The translations under genes and the position numbers were made by a program. Positions 33,090 through 41,651 of a DNA stretch of 64,000 nt are shown here, piece by piece (position 1 is the stretch's first letter; each line of letters starts with the position of its first letter). The stretch spans positions 1,824-65,823 of the forward strand of contig CAZWRV010000003.1 of the NCBI GenBank assembly GCA_964636325.1, in the 5' to 3' direction. This DNA is from an uncultured Victivallaceae bacterium. GTDB lineage: Bacteria > Verrucomicrobiota > Lentisphaeria > Victivallales > GWF2-50-93. The notes beneath the pieces are model-generated. The model worked only from the letters and a program-made list of their open reading frames with translations, searched no databases and was not told where the DNA came from.

Positions 33090-34373
33090 CTACAGGGCAG
33101 GCAAGGAGATTTTCAGGACAGCGGGGAAAATTTTCCTTGATGCGAGGCGGCGGATGATGCTTCTTGTGTGCCGGAGGCCGAAGAACGGTGATTTTGAGAA
33201 TGTGTGGTCGATGATTTCGATCGCCTTTCTGACGTCGGGCTCGCGGACTGCCCTGTCCTCGCTGCGCTGGGCGAGCATTGCGGCGAGCATGACGATTGAA
33301 GGGACGGCGAGTAGAAGCTGCCGCATGCCCTCCTCGAAGGTGATTCGCTGGAGCGGGTATCCGCAGAAATGCAGGGACTTCAGCTTGCTGCCGAGGTATG
33401 GACGGAGCGGCGCCAGCGCGTTCTTATCAACGTTAATCTTTAGCGTCAGCGCCAATGGATCCAGCGCTGGAATGTCATCATGCCCGGGCAGGAAATCGGA
33501 GAGTTTTGCTCTGCCGGTTATGAACTTGTAGATCTGTCCGCCCCTTCTCAGCCTCGCCTTTACACCCCTGACGGATAATTCGGCGGCGGCACTTTCGTCC
33601 GTGCGCAGGAATCCGGCGAGCAGATATCTGAGGAAAATCCTTGAGCGCGCATCGGGATGCGGTGCGTTTTCGAGTTCGTCCTTGAGATCCTCCCGGCTTC
33701 TGCGGACAAGCGTCATGGCGTCCTGCATGAACGAACCGTCGGCGCCGAGAATTTCCTTGGAGTTCTCCTTGTCGGAGTGGAATTCGAGGAGCCTTGCGGC
33801 GGCGAGAAGGCGGACGGGCAGCTCCAAGTCCTCGCACAGCAGGAAGTTGCAGTATGCGGAGGCGATTAGCCTGAGCCTGTCGAGCCCCGGTTCCAGGTTC
33901 CAGCCGTAGGAGGCGTCGGCTGAAATTCCGCTCTTCGACAGCTCGGCGGCGAAGGAGCGTATCTGCGACTTGAAGTGCGACATCGGCCTCCCCTGCCCTG
34001 CCGCCACGGCGGGGCAGTCGAACCTGAGGGAGGCGGAGACGGAGCCGTCCTTCCAGTTGAAGACGTCGAAGGGATAGATTCGGCATGCGAGCGGCTTGGC
34101 GGCTTCGCCGTGGTGCGAATGTATCCGGCAGAGGTTCTTTTCGTCCAGGAAGACGCATTTTCTGCCGGTCTTGGCTACATAGAAGATGTTTCTTCTTTTA
34201 CGATCCGGAACGAAGAGCTCCTGCAGGGCGGCGCCGGGGACGGGGATTTTAAGTGCCTGGATGCGTTCCCTTTCCGCCTTGGTGGCGGGAACCTCCCATA
34301 CGCCGCAGCATTTGCCGCAGCTTACGCACGAGAAGGACTGCTCCTCCGAGAAATGGAGGGCAGGGCTTCTCAT
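33090..34373 (-). CDS. YkgJ-family Cys-cluster (CxxCxxCC) protein, FliB-like (putative lysine-N-methylase-like)
   Basis: The motifs are FSCVSCGKCCGVWEV, KCVFLDEKNLCRIH and ACRIYPF. A ~300-aa helical C-terminal region gives a FliB-like overall length. The start is set at MRSPALHF (34373), which forms an ATGA overlap with the upstream stop. The longer ORF to 34568 overlaps the upstream gene by 200 nt. Confidence 0.6.
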   Translation of the reverse strand: MRSPALHFSEEQSFSCVSCGKCCGVWEVPATKAERERIQALKIPVPGAALQELFVPDRKRRNIFYVAKTGRKCVFLDEKNLCRIHSHHGEAAKPLACRIYPFDVFNWKDGSVSASLRFDCPAVAAGQGRPMSHFKSQIRSFAAELSKSGISADASYGWNLEPGLDRLRLIASAYCNFLLCEDLELPVRLLAAARLLEFHSDKENSKEILGADGSFMQDAMTLVRRSREDLKDELENAPHPDARSRIFLRYLLAGFLRTDESAAAELSVRGVKARLRRGGQIYKFITGRAKLSDFLPGHDDIPALDPLALTLKINVDKNALAPLRPYLGSKLKSLHFCGYPLQRITFEEGMRQLLLAVPSIVMLAAMLAQRSEDRAVREPDVRKAIEIIDHTFSKSPFFGLRHTRSIIRRLASRKIFPAVLKISLPAL

Positions 34374-35266
34374 GCCTTGGGCCGTGCGGCCGTCCTGATG
34401 AGCATTGTGTTCGTGAGGATTTCCTGCAGCGAGCGCCTGTAGGGGCTCAGATACACGAGCAGGAGCGAAGGCAGGCCGAGAGCCAGCATAAGGAAGGAAT
34501 AAAGGTATGCGCGGCCCAGGAAGACCTCGCCGAGATCCTTCCTCACGATCAGCAGGCCCCAGAACCACATTCCGAAGGTCTGGGCGAAGAGTCCGAGAGT
34601 TATCCCATAATAAAGCAGGATGCCGAGGACAAAGGCGATGAAGGCCTTCGAGAAGACGCTGTTGACCAGGTCGCTGTTGAGGGGGGGAGATGCGGACATC
34701 GCAGAAGCAGCTTCGGAGCCTTGGGATTCCGCTGCGGGGGGAGCAGGTGCTGCCGGAACTGCCGCATCAGAACCGGCGGCGCCGGGAGCGGAGGATGACA
34801 GATCCGCGCCCGGGGCGGAGGGGGAGGTCTCGGCCGGCATGCCGCCCTCGGACTGCACCACGGCGGAGCATATGAACGCCAGAACGAGGAAGTATATGAA
34901 GACAACTATTCCGTCGGTGCATGCGGTCGCGATCCTGAGGAAGACGCCCGCGTTTTCATGGATGTAGGCATGCCTGAACGCGGTTCCGTCCATGAATATG
35001 TTCTTGGTTTTCTTGGTCCGTATGATGGAGAGAAGGGCGTCAACGGTCTTTTCCTTGAAGGACTTTTCCTTCTCGGCCTGCTGGAACTGCACTGCGAAGG
35101 GCTGCTTGAGGAAGTCGAAGTCCTTGGCCTTGTTCCACTTCTTGATCATGGTGTTGCGGACTGGGGTTTCAGGATGGACCCTGCCGTGCTCGACCCACTT
35201 GACTAGGGTGTCGCCGTCGATTGGCCCGTATTCCTTGTTGTCGTCGCCGAGGATGACGTATTTCAT
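34370..35266 (-). CDS. GYF_2 (DUF4339)-domain plus RDD-family membrane protein
   Basis: The N-terminus MKYVILGDDNKEYGPIDGDTLVKWVEHGRVHPETPVRNTMIKKWNKAKDF follows the GYF-2 pattern. It is followed by three or four TM segments and an Ala/Pro/Ser-rich loop typical of RDD proteins. Confidence 0.6.
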   Translation of the reverse strand: MKYVILGDDNKEYGPIDGDTLVKWVEHGRVHPETPVRNTMIKKWNKAKDFDFLKQPFAVQFQQAEKEKSFKEKTVDALLSIIRTKKTKNIFMDGTAFRHAYIHENAGVFLRIATACTDGIVVFIYFLVLAFICSAVVQSEGGMPAETSPSAPGADLSSSAPGAAGSDAAVPAAPAPPAAESQGSEAASAMSASPPLNSDLVNSVFSKAFIAFVLGILLYYGITLGLFAQTFGMWFWGLLIVRKDLGEVFLGRAYLYSFLMLALGLPSLLLVYLSPYRRSLQEILTNTMLIRTAARPKA

Positions 35267-35287
35267 GGATGGCCTCCGCCGTTGCTA

Positions 35288-36649
35288 TCATGCGCTGATG
35301 AGTTCGTCCTCGTCGGACTGGCCTGTGCGGCCCTTGTCCTTGCCGTCCGTATTGGACTTCATCAGCGGAGGGGCGCCCTTTTTTATTGTGTCCTCCGTGA
35401 CGACGCATTCGCAGATTTCATTCTGGGACGGCAGCTTGAACATCACGTCCAGCATCACCTCTTCGAGAATGGCCCGGAGTCCCCGCGCGCCGGTGCCCTT
35501 TTCCAGGGCCTTGTCGGCGAGGGCGGATAGAGCCTCGGGCTGGAAGACCAGCCTGACGTTTTCCATTCCGAGAAGCTTGACATACTGCTTGGTGAGGGCG
35601 TTTCTGGGCTCTGTGAGTATCCTGACAAGATCGTCCTTGGAAAGAGGCGAGAGGCCGCTGACGACGGGGATGCGTCCGATGAACTCGGGAATCATGCCGT
35701 ATCTGATGAAGTCCTCGGGTTCTGCCAGGTTGTAGATGCGGTCGTCCTTGGAGTCGGAAATGATGTCCTCTGATGTCTTTTCTATCTGCTTGAACCCGAG
35801 GATATGCCTCCCGATGCGGCGCCTTATTATCTTGTCCAGTCCGACGAAGGCGCCGCCGCAGATGAAGAGAATGTTTGAAGTGTCGACCTGCATGAACTCC
35901 TGATGGGGGTGTTTCCTGCCGCCCTTCGGCGGTATGTTCGCGACGGTTCCCTCCAGTATCTTGAGGAGGGCCTGCTGGACTCCCTCGCCTGAGACATCCC
36001 TGGTTATGGAGACATTCTCCGTCTTTCTGGCGATCTTGTCGATCTCATCGATGTATATGATGCCTATCTGCGCGCGCTGGACATCGTAGTCGGCCGCCTG
36101 GACAAGCCTTAGGATTATGTTCTCGACGTCCTCGCCGACGTATCCGGCCTCGGTGACGGTGGTAGCGTCGGAGATCGAGAACGGTACGTCGAGCATCCTG
36201 GCCAGCGTCTTCGCTAGGAGCGTCTTGCCGGATCCGGTATGCCCGATGAGCATGACATTGCTCTTTTCGATCTCGACGTCGTCGCCGCCCCCCGGGAAGG
36301 CTCCCTTGGCCTGCGCGCACTGGAGGCGCTTGTAATGGTTGTGGACGGCCACGGAGAGGACCTTCTTCGCATGCTCCTGCCCGATCACGTACTTGTCAAG
36401 GAAGTCCTTTATGCGCTGGGGCTTTGGAACCTGCAGGAGGCCGAGGGGCTTCCCCTGAGCCTTCGGGGCGGGTGTTCCCCCCTTCTTATCCTCGTCCTTG
36501 AACATCCCCATGCAGATTTCGATGCAGTTCCTGCAGATGTTCGCGCCGGTGGGGCTGGTGATCAGCATCCCCGTCTTTTCGGGGCCGAAGCCGCAAAACG
36601 AGCATTTCGACTTGAATTTGCCCATGTCGTCGATTTTTCTGGCGCACAT
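35288..36649 (-). CDS. clpX: ATP-dependent Clp protease ATP-binding subunit ClpX
   Basis: The zinc-binding domain is CSFCG..CRNC and Walker A is [17 protein letters not shown]. It also has [10 protein letters not shown] and GARGLR. The start is probably MGKFKSK at 36625. Confidence 0.95.
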   Translation of the reverse strand: MCARKIDDMGKFKSKCSFCGFGPEKTGMLITSPTGANICRNCIEICMGMFKDEDKKGGTPAPKAQGKPLGLLQVPKPQRIKDFLDKYVIGQEHAKKVLSVAVHNHYKRLQCAQAKGAFPGGGDDVEIEKSNVMLIGHTGSGKTLLAKTLARMLDVPFSISDATTVTEAGYVGEDVENIILRLVQAADYDVQRAQIGIIYIDEIDKIARKTENVSITRDVSGEGVQQALLKILEGTVANIPPKGGRKHPHQEFMQVDTSNILFICGGAFVGLDKIIRRRIGRHILGFKQIEKTSEDIISDSKDDRIYNLAEPEDFIRYGMIPEFIGRIPVVSGLSPLSKDDLVRILTEPRNALTKQYVKLLGMENVRLVFQPEALSALADKALEKGTGARGLRAILEEVMLDVMFKLPSQNEICECVVTEDTIKKGAPPLMKSNTDGKDKGRTGQSDEDELISA

Positions 36650-36663
36650 CTTTGGATGCCCCT

Positions 36664-37257
36664 TTACTTCTTTTCGATCTTAGTATACACATGATCCACG
36701 ATGCCGTAGCCTTTGGCCTCGGCAGCGGACATGAAGAAGTCGCGGTCGGTGTCTTCCGCGATCTTTTCGAGGGTCTGGCCGGTATGCTTGGCGAGGATTC
36801 CGTTGAGCGAGGCCTTGAGCCGCATTATCTCCCTGGCCTGGATGTCTATGTCGGTGGCCGAGCCTTCGGCGCCGCCGAGGGGCTGGTGTATCATGATCCT
36901 GGAGTTTTCGAGCGCGTATCTCTTGCCCTTGGTGCCGGCCGCGAGGAGGATCGCCCCCATGCTCGAGGCCTGTCCGAGGCAGTATGTGTTGATGTCGCAG
37001 GTGAGTATCTGCATGGTGTCGTAGATGGCCAGGCCGGCGGTGACGGATCCGCCCGGGGAGTTGACATACATGTTGATGTCTTTCCTGGGATCCTCGGACT
37101 GGAGGTATAGCAGCTCGGCGACGATCAGGTTCGCTATGGCGTCGTCGATGTGGGTTCCGAGGAGGATGATCCTGTCCTTGAGCAGGCGCGAATATATGTC
37201 GTAGCCCCTCTCGCCCTGCCCGGTCTGTTCGATCACATATGGTACAAGCACCGACAT
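36664..37257 (-). CDS. clpP: ATP-dependent Clp protease proteolytic subunit ClpP
   Basis: The sequence reads [30 protein letters not shown] (active-site Ser) and [10 protein letters not shown] (His). Confidence 0.95.
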   Translation of the reverse strand: MSVLVPYVIEQTGQGERGYDIYSRLLKDRIILLGTHIDDAIANLIVAELLYLQSEDPRKDINMYVNSPGGSVTAGLAIYDTMQILTCDINTYCLGQASSMGAILLAAGTKGKRYALENSRIMIHQPLGGAEGSATDIDIQAREIMRLKASLNGILAKHTGQTLEKIAEDTDRDFFMSAAEAKGYGIVDHVYTKIEKK

Positions 37258-37272
37258 CTTTCAGATTCCTTT

Positions 37273-38688
37273 CTATTTTGCATCAGGCGGAACGTCCTTG
37301 CCCGCCCCGCCGGTCAAGTTCTTGACAAGATGGTCAGTCACTTTTCGTATGAGCATGTCCATCTTGATGTCTTCTATTCCTCCTGTCTCCTCGAGTCTGT
37401 TTTCCAGCTCCTTCTTGGTGACGCCGTAGTAGCGGCTCATGCCCTTAAGGTAGAATTCGAGCTCGTCGTTTCCGACCTCGATCTTTTCATCCTTTGCGAT
37501 CTTCCTCATTATAAAGAACAGCCTGAGCCTCCTTTCGGCGTTGTCCTTTGCGGCCTTCAAATGTTTTTCCTTGTCCTTCTCGAAGCTGCCGATGTCCTCC
37601 TTAGACCTTACGATCCTGTCTACGATCGACGACAGCTCTGTCCTTGTCTGCGAGGCGACCAATGCCGGCGGGAGGGGGAACTCCCCGGCGGCGGAAACGA
37701 GCTGGGCTATGACGCTGTTCCTGATCTCGGCATTGGCCTTCGCCGCGGCATCGCCCTTCAGCTTCTTCTCGATGTCAGCCCTGAGGGCCTCGACGCCGTC
37801 CACCTTCAGCCTGCGGCAGAGCTCCTCGTCGGATGCCACAGGCATCCTGCGCTGGATTTCGAGAACCTTGATCCTGTATCCGACCGTCTTCCCCGACAGG
37901 CACTTCTCCCTGAAGTCCGCCGGGAAGGATGCGCTGAAGGAATATTCGTTCCCGCATGTCGCGCCGGCAAGCGCGGCGATGAGGCCGGGGATCGACTCGG
38001 GATGGGAAAGCCATAGCCATGCCTCGGCCGCGCCCAGCAGATTCTTGTCCTTGACTGTTTCCGCGGCCTCGGGCTTGAAGTCTGTCTCGACGCAAGCCTT
38101 GAGGAAATCACCTTCCCTGGCTGCATCCTCGACCTTCGCGAACTCGCCGTAGACTTCGCGGAACCGTTCTATCTCCTTGTCCACGTCGGCCTGGCCGATC
38201 TTGACTTCAGGCATTTCAGCCTTGAGGGCGGTCCTATACTCGGGCAGCTTGAATTCCGGCGCCACGTTCAGGACGATCTTGAACTCGAACGGGGCCCCCT
38301 GTTTCAGCTCCGGCAGCTTGTCGTCCTTCAGCGTGAAGGAGAGCATTTCCGTCTTGTCCTCCTTGATTATGTCGAAAAGGCAGGCGAATATCCTCTGGAC
38401 GATCTCCTCCCTGATCTTAGGGTCGAGGTGTCTCTTAACCAGCTGGGCCGGCGCCTTTCCAGGCCTGAAGCCGGGAATCAATGCAATCTTCCTGACGTCT
38501 CCAAGGACCGCCTCATACTCCCTGTCCACCGCCTCGGGAGGCACTTTGACCGAGAGTTCGCGCAGGCATGGTTCGCTCTGCACGGATTCGATATGGAACG
38601 ATTTTTTCAGCTCTTCGCTTTTTTCTTCTTTGTTTTTCATTATGGCGTCTGCTTCTTTCCAAGGTGAAACATTGCCGCAGGCCGACAT
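37273..38688 (-). CDS. tig: Trigger factor
   Basis: The ribosome-binding signature is PGFRPGKAP. It has a PPIase-like middle and helical C-terminal arms, in the conserved tig-clpP-clpX order. The start is probably MKNKEEK at 38640. Confidence 0.85.
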   Translation of the reverse strand: MSACGNVSPWKEADAIMKNKEEKSEELKKSFHIESVQSEPCLRELSVKVPPEAVDREYEAVLGDVRKIALIPGFRPGKAPAQLVKRHLDPKIREEIVQRIFACLFDIIKEDKTEMLSFTLKDDKLPELKQGAPFEFKIVLNVAPEFKLPEYRTALKAEMPEVKIGQADVDKEIERFREVYGEFAKVEDAAREGDFLKACVETDFKPEAAETVKDKNLLGAAEAWLWLSHPESIPGLIAALAGATCGNEYSFSASFPADFREKCLSGKTVGYRIKVLEIQRRMPVASDEELCRRLKVDGVEALRADIEKKLKGDAAAKANAEIRNSVIAQLVSAAGEFPLPPALVASQTRTELSSIVDRIVRSKEDIGSFEKDKEKHLKAAKDNAERRLRLFFIMRKIAKDEKIEVGNDELEFYLKGMSRYYGVTKKELENRLEETGGIEDIKMDMLIRKVTDHLVKNLTGGAGKDVPPDAK

Positions 38689-38900
38689 GGCATGCGGAGC
38701 GGGAACGACTATTATATTTTGCGGCGCGTGTTTTTCAAATACGGATACTCAATATGTCGGCAATTATTGAGACGTAAAAAGATGTCAATAAATATAAGGT
38801 TGCCCGGTTGACTTTCATTTTTTCCATCGAATATTATTCCTTTCTTAAACTGCGACTCCAGCAGCCGTGGCAAGTCCGGAGGAATTTTCGGGGCGAAAAG

Positions 38901-39506
38901 ATGGCAGTCATTCCAAAACTCATCATCCTTTCGGAGCAGCTCAGGGGCAACAACTTCGAGCTCATCGGGGAGAGATACATCGTCGGCAGGGTCGACACCT
39001 GCGACATCACCCTCAAGGATCCCACCGTAAGCTCCAGGCACTGCGAATTCATAAAGAAGGGCACCACCTACCTGCTGAGGGATCTCAACAGCACCAACGG
39101 AACCCGTGTGAACAACGTGCCCATCTCCGAGCAGGAACTGCGCAGCAGCGACATCCTCCAGATCGGCGGAATAGAGATACTCTTCGACTGCGAGGACAAG
39201 TCGTTGAGCACCGCGATAAAGACAACGACCAACATAAAGCTGGACACCACCGACCAGGGGATTTCCACCATAAAGAAGATGGAGAATTTCTCCCCTTACA
39301 GCTCGGGCAAGGGATCCGACAAGATAAAGCACGGAGCCATAATCGCCGTCCTTGTCCTGCTCGCCCTGCTGGTCCTCTGCCTCATCCTGTATCTTGTCTA
39401 CATACTGTTTCTCAGGAATCCCCCTTCGGCTGGGGGGGCAGGCGTTTTTTTCAACATCCCGGAAATCCTGTCCGGCCATCTGAGGGAATTCTTAGGACGG
39501 GCCTGA
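38901..39506 (+). CDS. FHA-domain protein with a C-terminal transmembrane anchor
   Basis: The FHA domain is YIVGRVDTCDITLKDPTVSSRHCEFIKKGTTYLLRDLNSTNGTRVNN. The C-terminal TM is AIIAVLVLLALLVLCLILYLVYILF. The start is set at MAVIPKL. Confidence 0.8.
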   Translation: MAVIPKLIILSEQLRGNNFELIGERYIVGRVDTCDITLKDPTVSSRHCEFIKKGTTYLLRDLNSTNGTRVNNVPISEQELRSSDILQIGGIEILFDCEDKSLSTAIKTTTNIKLDTTDQGISTIKKMENFSPYSSGKGSDKIKHGAIIAVLVLLALLVLCLILYLVYILFLRNPPSAGGAGVFFNIPEILSGHLREFLGRA

Positions 39507-39590
39507 CATATCCCCCCGCCGACCGACAGTTCCGTTGAGCGGCAGTAACCGCCGCGTATTTTTCAACCTCACGGAAGGACGTTCGATTTG

Positions 39591-41546
39591 ATGGAAACAC
39601 CCGACAAAAAGTTGAACGGCGACAAATACAAGTCTCCGGACACGGAGCCGGATCAGAAACAGGAGCCGAGCCAGCCTCCTTCGAGGAGGCCGCATATTGC
39701 GCTAGTCGTATGGATGATCATATTCGGCTGCCTCGGCGCGCTTCTCATATACAACAGCGCCAAAGGAAACTACATCAAGTGGGACCAGGGCAGGTTCGAG
39801 AAGGAGCTCGCCGCCGGCAACATACAGTCGGCGACAATAAGCCTCGGCAGCGACAGGACCGCGACCATCAAGGGCCAGTTCAGGATTCCAGGAGACGACA
39901 ACCTCAAGGTGGTCACTTCCGGCGGGGAGAACTATTACAAGGTTGAAGTAGTCTACACCGACAACCTTGACAAGATGCTCAGGGATCAGCCCGGCATAGA
40001 GAGGAAGGTCGAGAGCCGTGACTCCCTTATGACCGGACTGCTATACACATATCTGCCCATACTTATCCTCGTCGCGCTGCTGTATTTCCTCTTCTCAAGG
40101 CAGATAAAGCTCGCCGGCAAGGGCGCCCTTCAGTTCGGGAAAAGCAGGGCGAGGATGATATTGCCGAACAGCCAGAAGGTGACCTTCGAAGACGTCGCCG
40201 GCGCGGAGGAGGCCAAGGAGGAGACAAAGGAGATTATAGACTACCTGAAGGATCCCCTTAAGTTCAAGATGGTCGGAGGCAAGATACCCAAGGGCGCCCT
40301 CCTCACAGGTCCGCCGGGAACCGGCAAGACATTGCTTGCCAAGGCGATCGCGGGCGAGGCCGGAGTGCCCTTCTTCTCGATCAGCGGCTCGGACTTCGTG
40401 GAGATGTTCGTCGGCGTGGGCGCAAGCCGCGTCCGCGACATGTTCGAACAGGCCCGCAGGCATGCCCCCTGCCTTATTTTCATCGACGAAATCGACGCGG
40501 TCGGCCGTTCCCGTTTTTCCGGGATCGGAGGGGGCCATGACGAGAGGGAGCAGACATTGAACGCACTTCTTGTCGAAATGGACGGCCTCGAGACCCAGGA
40601 GGGCGTAATAGTCCTGGCGGCCACCAACCGGCCCGATGTCCTCGACGCCGCCCTGCTCCGTCCGGGAAGGTTCGACAGGCAGATCATACTGGACTTGCCC
40701 GACATCAAGGGCCGGCGCCAGATACTCGAAGTCCACGCGAAGCATATAAAGCTTGTGAAAGGCATAGACCTTGAAATAATCGCACGGGGAACCCCCGGCT
40801 TCAGCGGCGCCGATCTCGCCAACCTTATCAACGAGGCTGCGCTTCTGGCTGCAAGACTTAACAAGAAGGCTGTGGAAATGCCGGAGCTCGAAGAGGCCAG
40901 GGACAAGGTGCGCTGGGGCAGGGAGCGCAAGAGCAGGAAGATCAGCGACAAGGAGAGGAAGCTCACCGCCTACCACGAGGCAGGGCACACTTTGGTCGCA
41001 TTGAACTGCCCCAACGCGACCCCCGTCCACAAGGTCACAATAATCCCGCGCGGTATCGCATATCTGGGGGCGACCATGCATCTTCCCCATGAGGACAGAT
41101 ACACCCAGAGCCGCCAGGAGATGCTTGACGAACTTACTGTCCTCATGGGCGGCCGCTCTGCGGAGGAGATTGTCTTCCAGGAAATAACAACAGGTGCCGC
41201 GGCGGACATCGAGTACGCAACCAAGATCGCAAGAAAAATGGTCTGCGCCTTCGGAATGAGCGACAAGATGGGGCCGGTGCAATATGGCACCCGGGATGAA
41301 CACATATATCTAGGAAGGGACATTGTCCGCTCGGAAGGCTACAGCGAGATGACATCCAGGGAAATCGACATTGAGATCAAATCCATATTGGACGGCGCCA
41401 AGGCCAAGGCCAAGGATATCCTCGCCAAGAACCGCGACAAGCTTGAACTTCTTTCCCTAAAGCTGCTCGAGGTCGAGACGCTCGAGCTGAAGGACATTGA
41501 AAAGCTGCTTGGAATCACACCGCCGGCGCAGCAGCCCGCGCCATAA
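39591..41546 (+). CDS. ftsH: ATP-dependent zinc metalloprotease FtsH
   Basis: It has two N-terminal TM segments, Walker [18 protein letters not shown], an SRH region, and the zinc site HEAGHTLVA. Confidence 0.95.
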   Translation: METPDKKLNGDKYKSPDTEPDQKQEPSQPPSRRPHIALVVWMIIFGCLGALLIYNSAKGNYIKWDQGRFEKELAAGNIQSATISLGSDRTATIKGQFRIPGDDNLKVVTSGGENYYKVEVVYTDNLDKMLRDQPGIERKVESRDSLMTGLLYTYLPILILVALLYFLFSRQIKLAGKGALQFGKSRARMILPNSQKVTFEDVAGAEEAKEETKEIIDYLKDPLKFKMVGGKIPKGALLTGPPGTGKTLLAKAIAGEAGVPFFSISGSDFVEMFVGVGASRVRDMFEQARRHAPCLIFIDEIDAVGRSRFSGIGGGHDEREQTLNALLVEMDGLETQEGVIVLAATNRPDVLDAALLRPGRFDRQIILDLPDIKGRRQILEVHAKHIKLVKGIDLEIIARGTPGFSGADLANLINEAALLAARLNKKAVEMPELEEARDKVRWGRERKSRKISDKERKLTAYHEAGHTLVALNCPNATPVHKVTIIPRGIAYLGATMHLPHEDRYTQSRQEMLDELTVLMGGRSAEEIVFQEITTGAAADIEYATKIARKMVCAFGMSDKMGPVQYGTRDEHIYLGRDIVRSEGYSEMTSREIDIEIKSILDGAKAKAKDILAKNRDKLELLSLKLLEVETLELKDIEKLLGITPPAQQPAP

Positions 41547-41609
41547 ACCCGCCTGAGAAGAATGGCTGGGAGAAAGTACGGCCGGTAGCCACCATGCCAT
41601 GTATAAATT

Positions 41610-41632
41610 CAGCAAACTACGCCCTTTTGCTG
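41610..41632. terminator. Possible bidirectional terminator hairpin between the convergent ftsH and secretin genes
   Basis: CAGCAAA-ctacgccct-TTTGCTG forms a 7-bp stem flanked by A/T-rich sequence on both sides. There is no strong U-tract. Confidence 0.3.
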
Positions 41633-41651
41633 CATTCATACAGCTTAAGCT

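Noticed and set aside
34374-34568. The longer 492-aa version of the Cys-cluster protein, starting at 34568.
   Set aside because: The extra 65 codons overlap the 3-prime end of the RDD gene and are Pro/Arg/Gly-rich. The internal ATG at 34373 forms a classic ATGA stop-start overlap and precedes the conserved CxxCxxCC domain.
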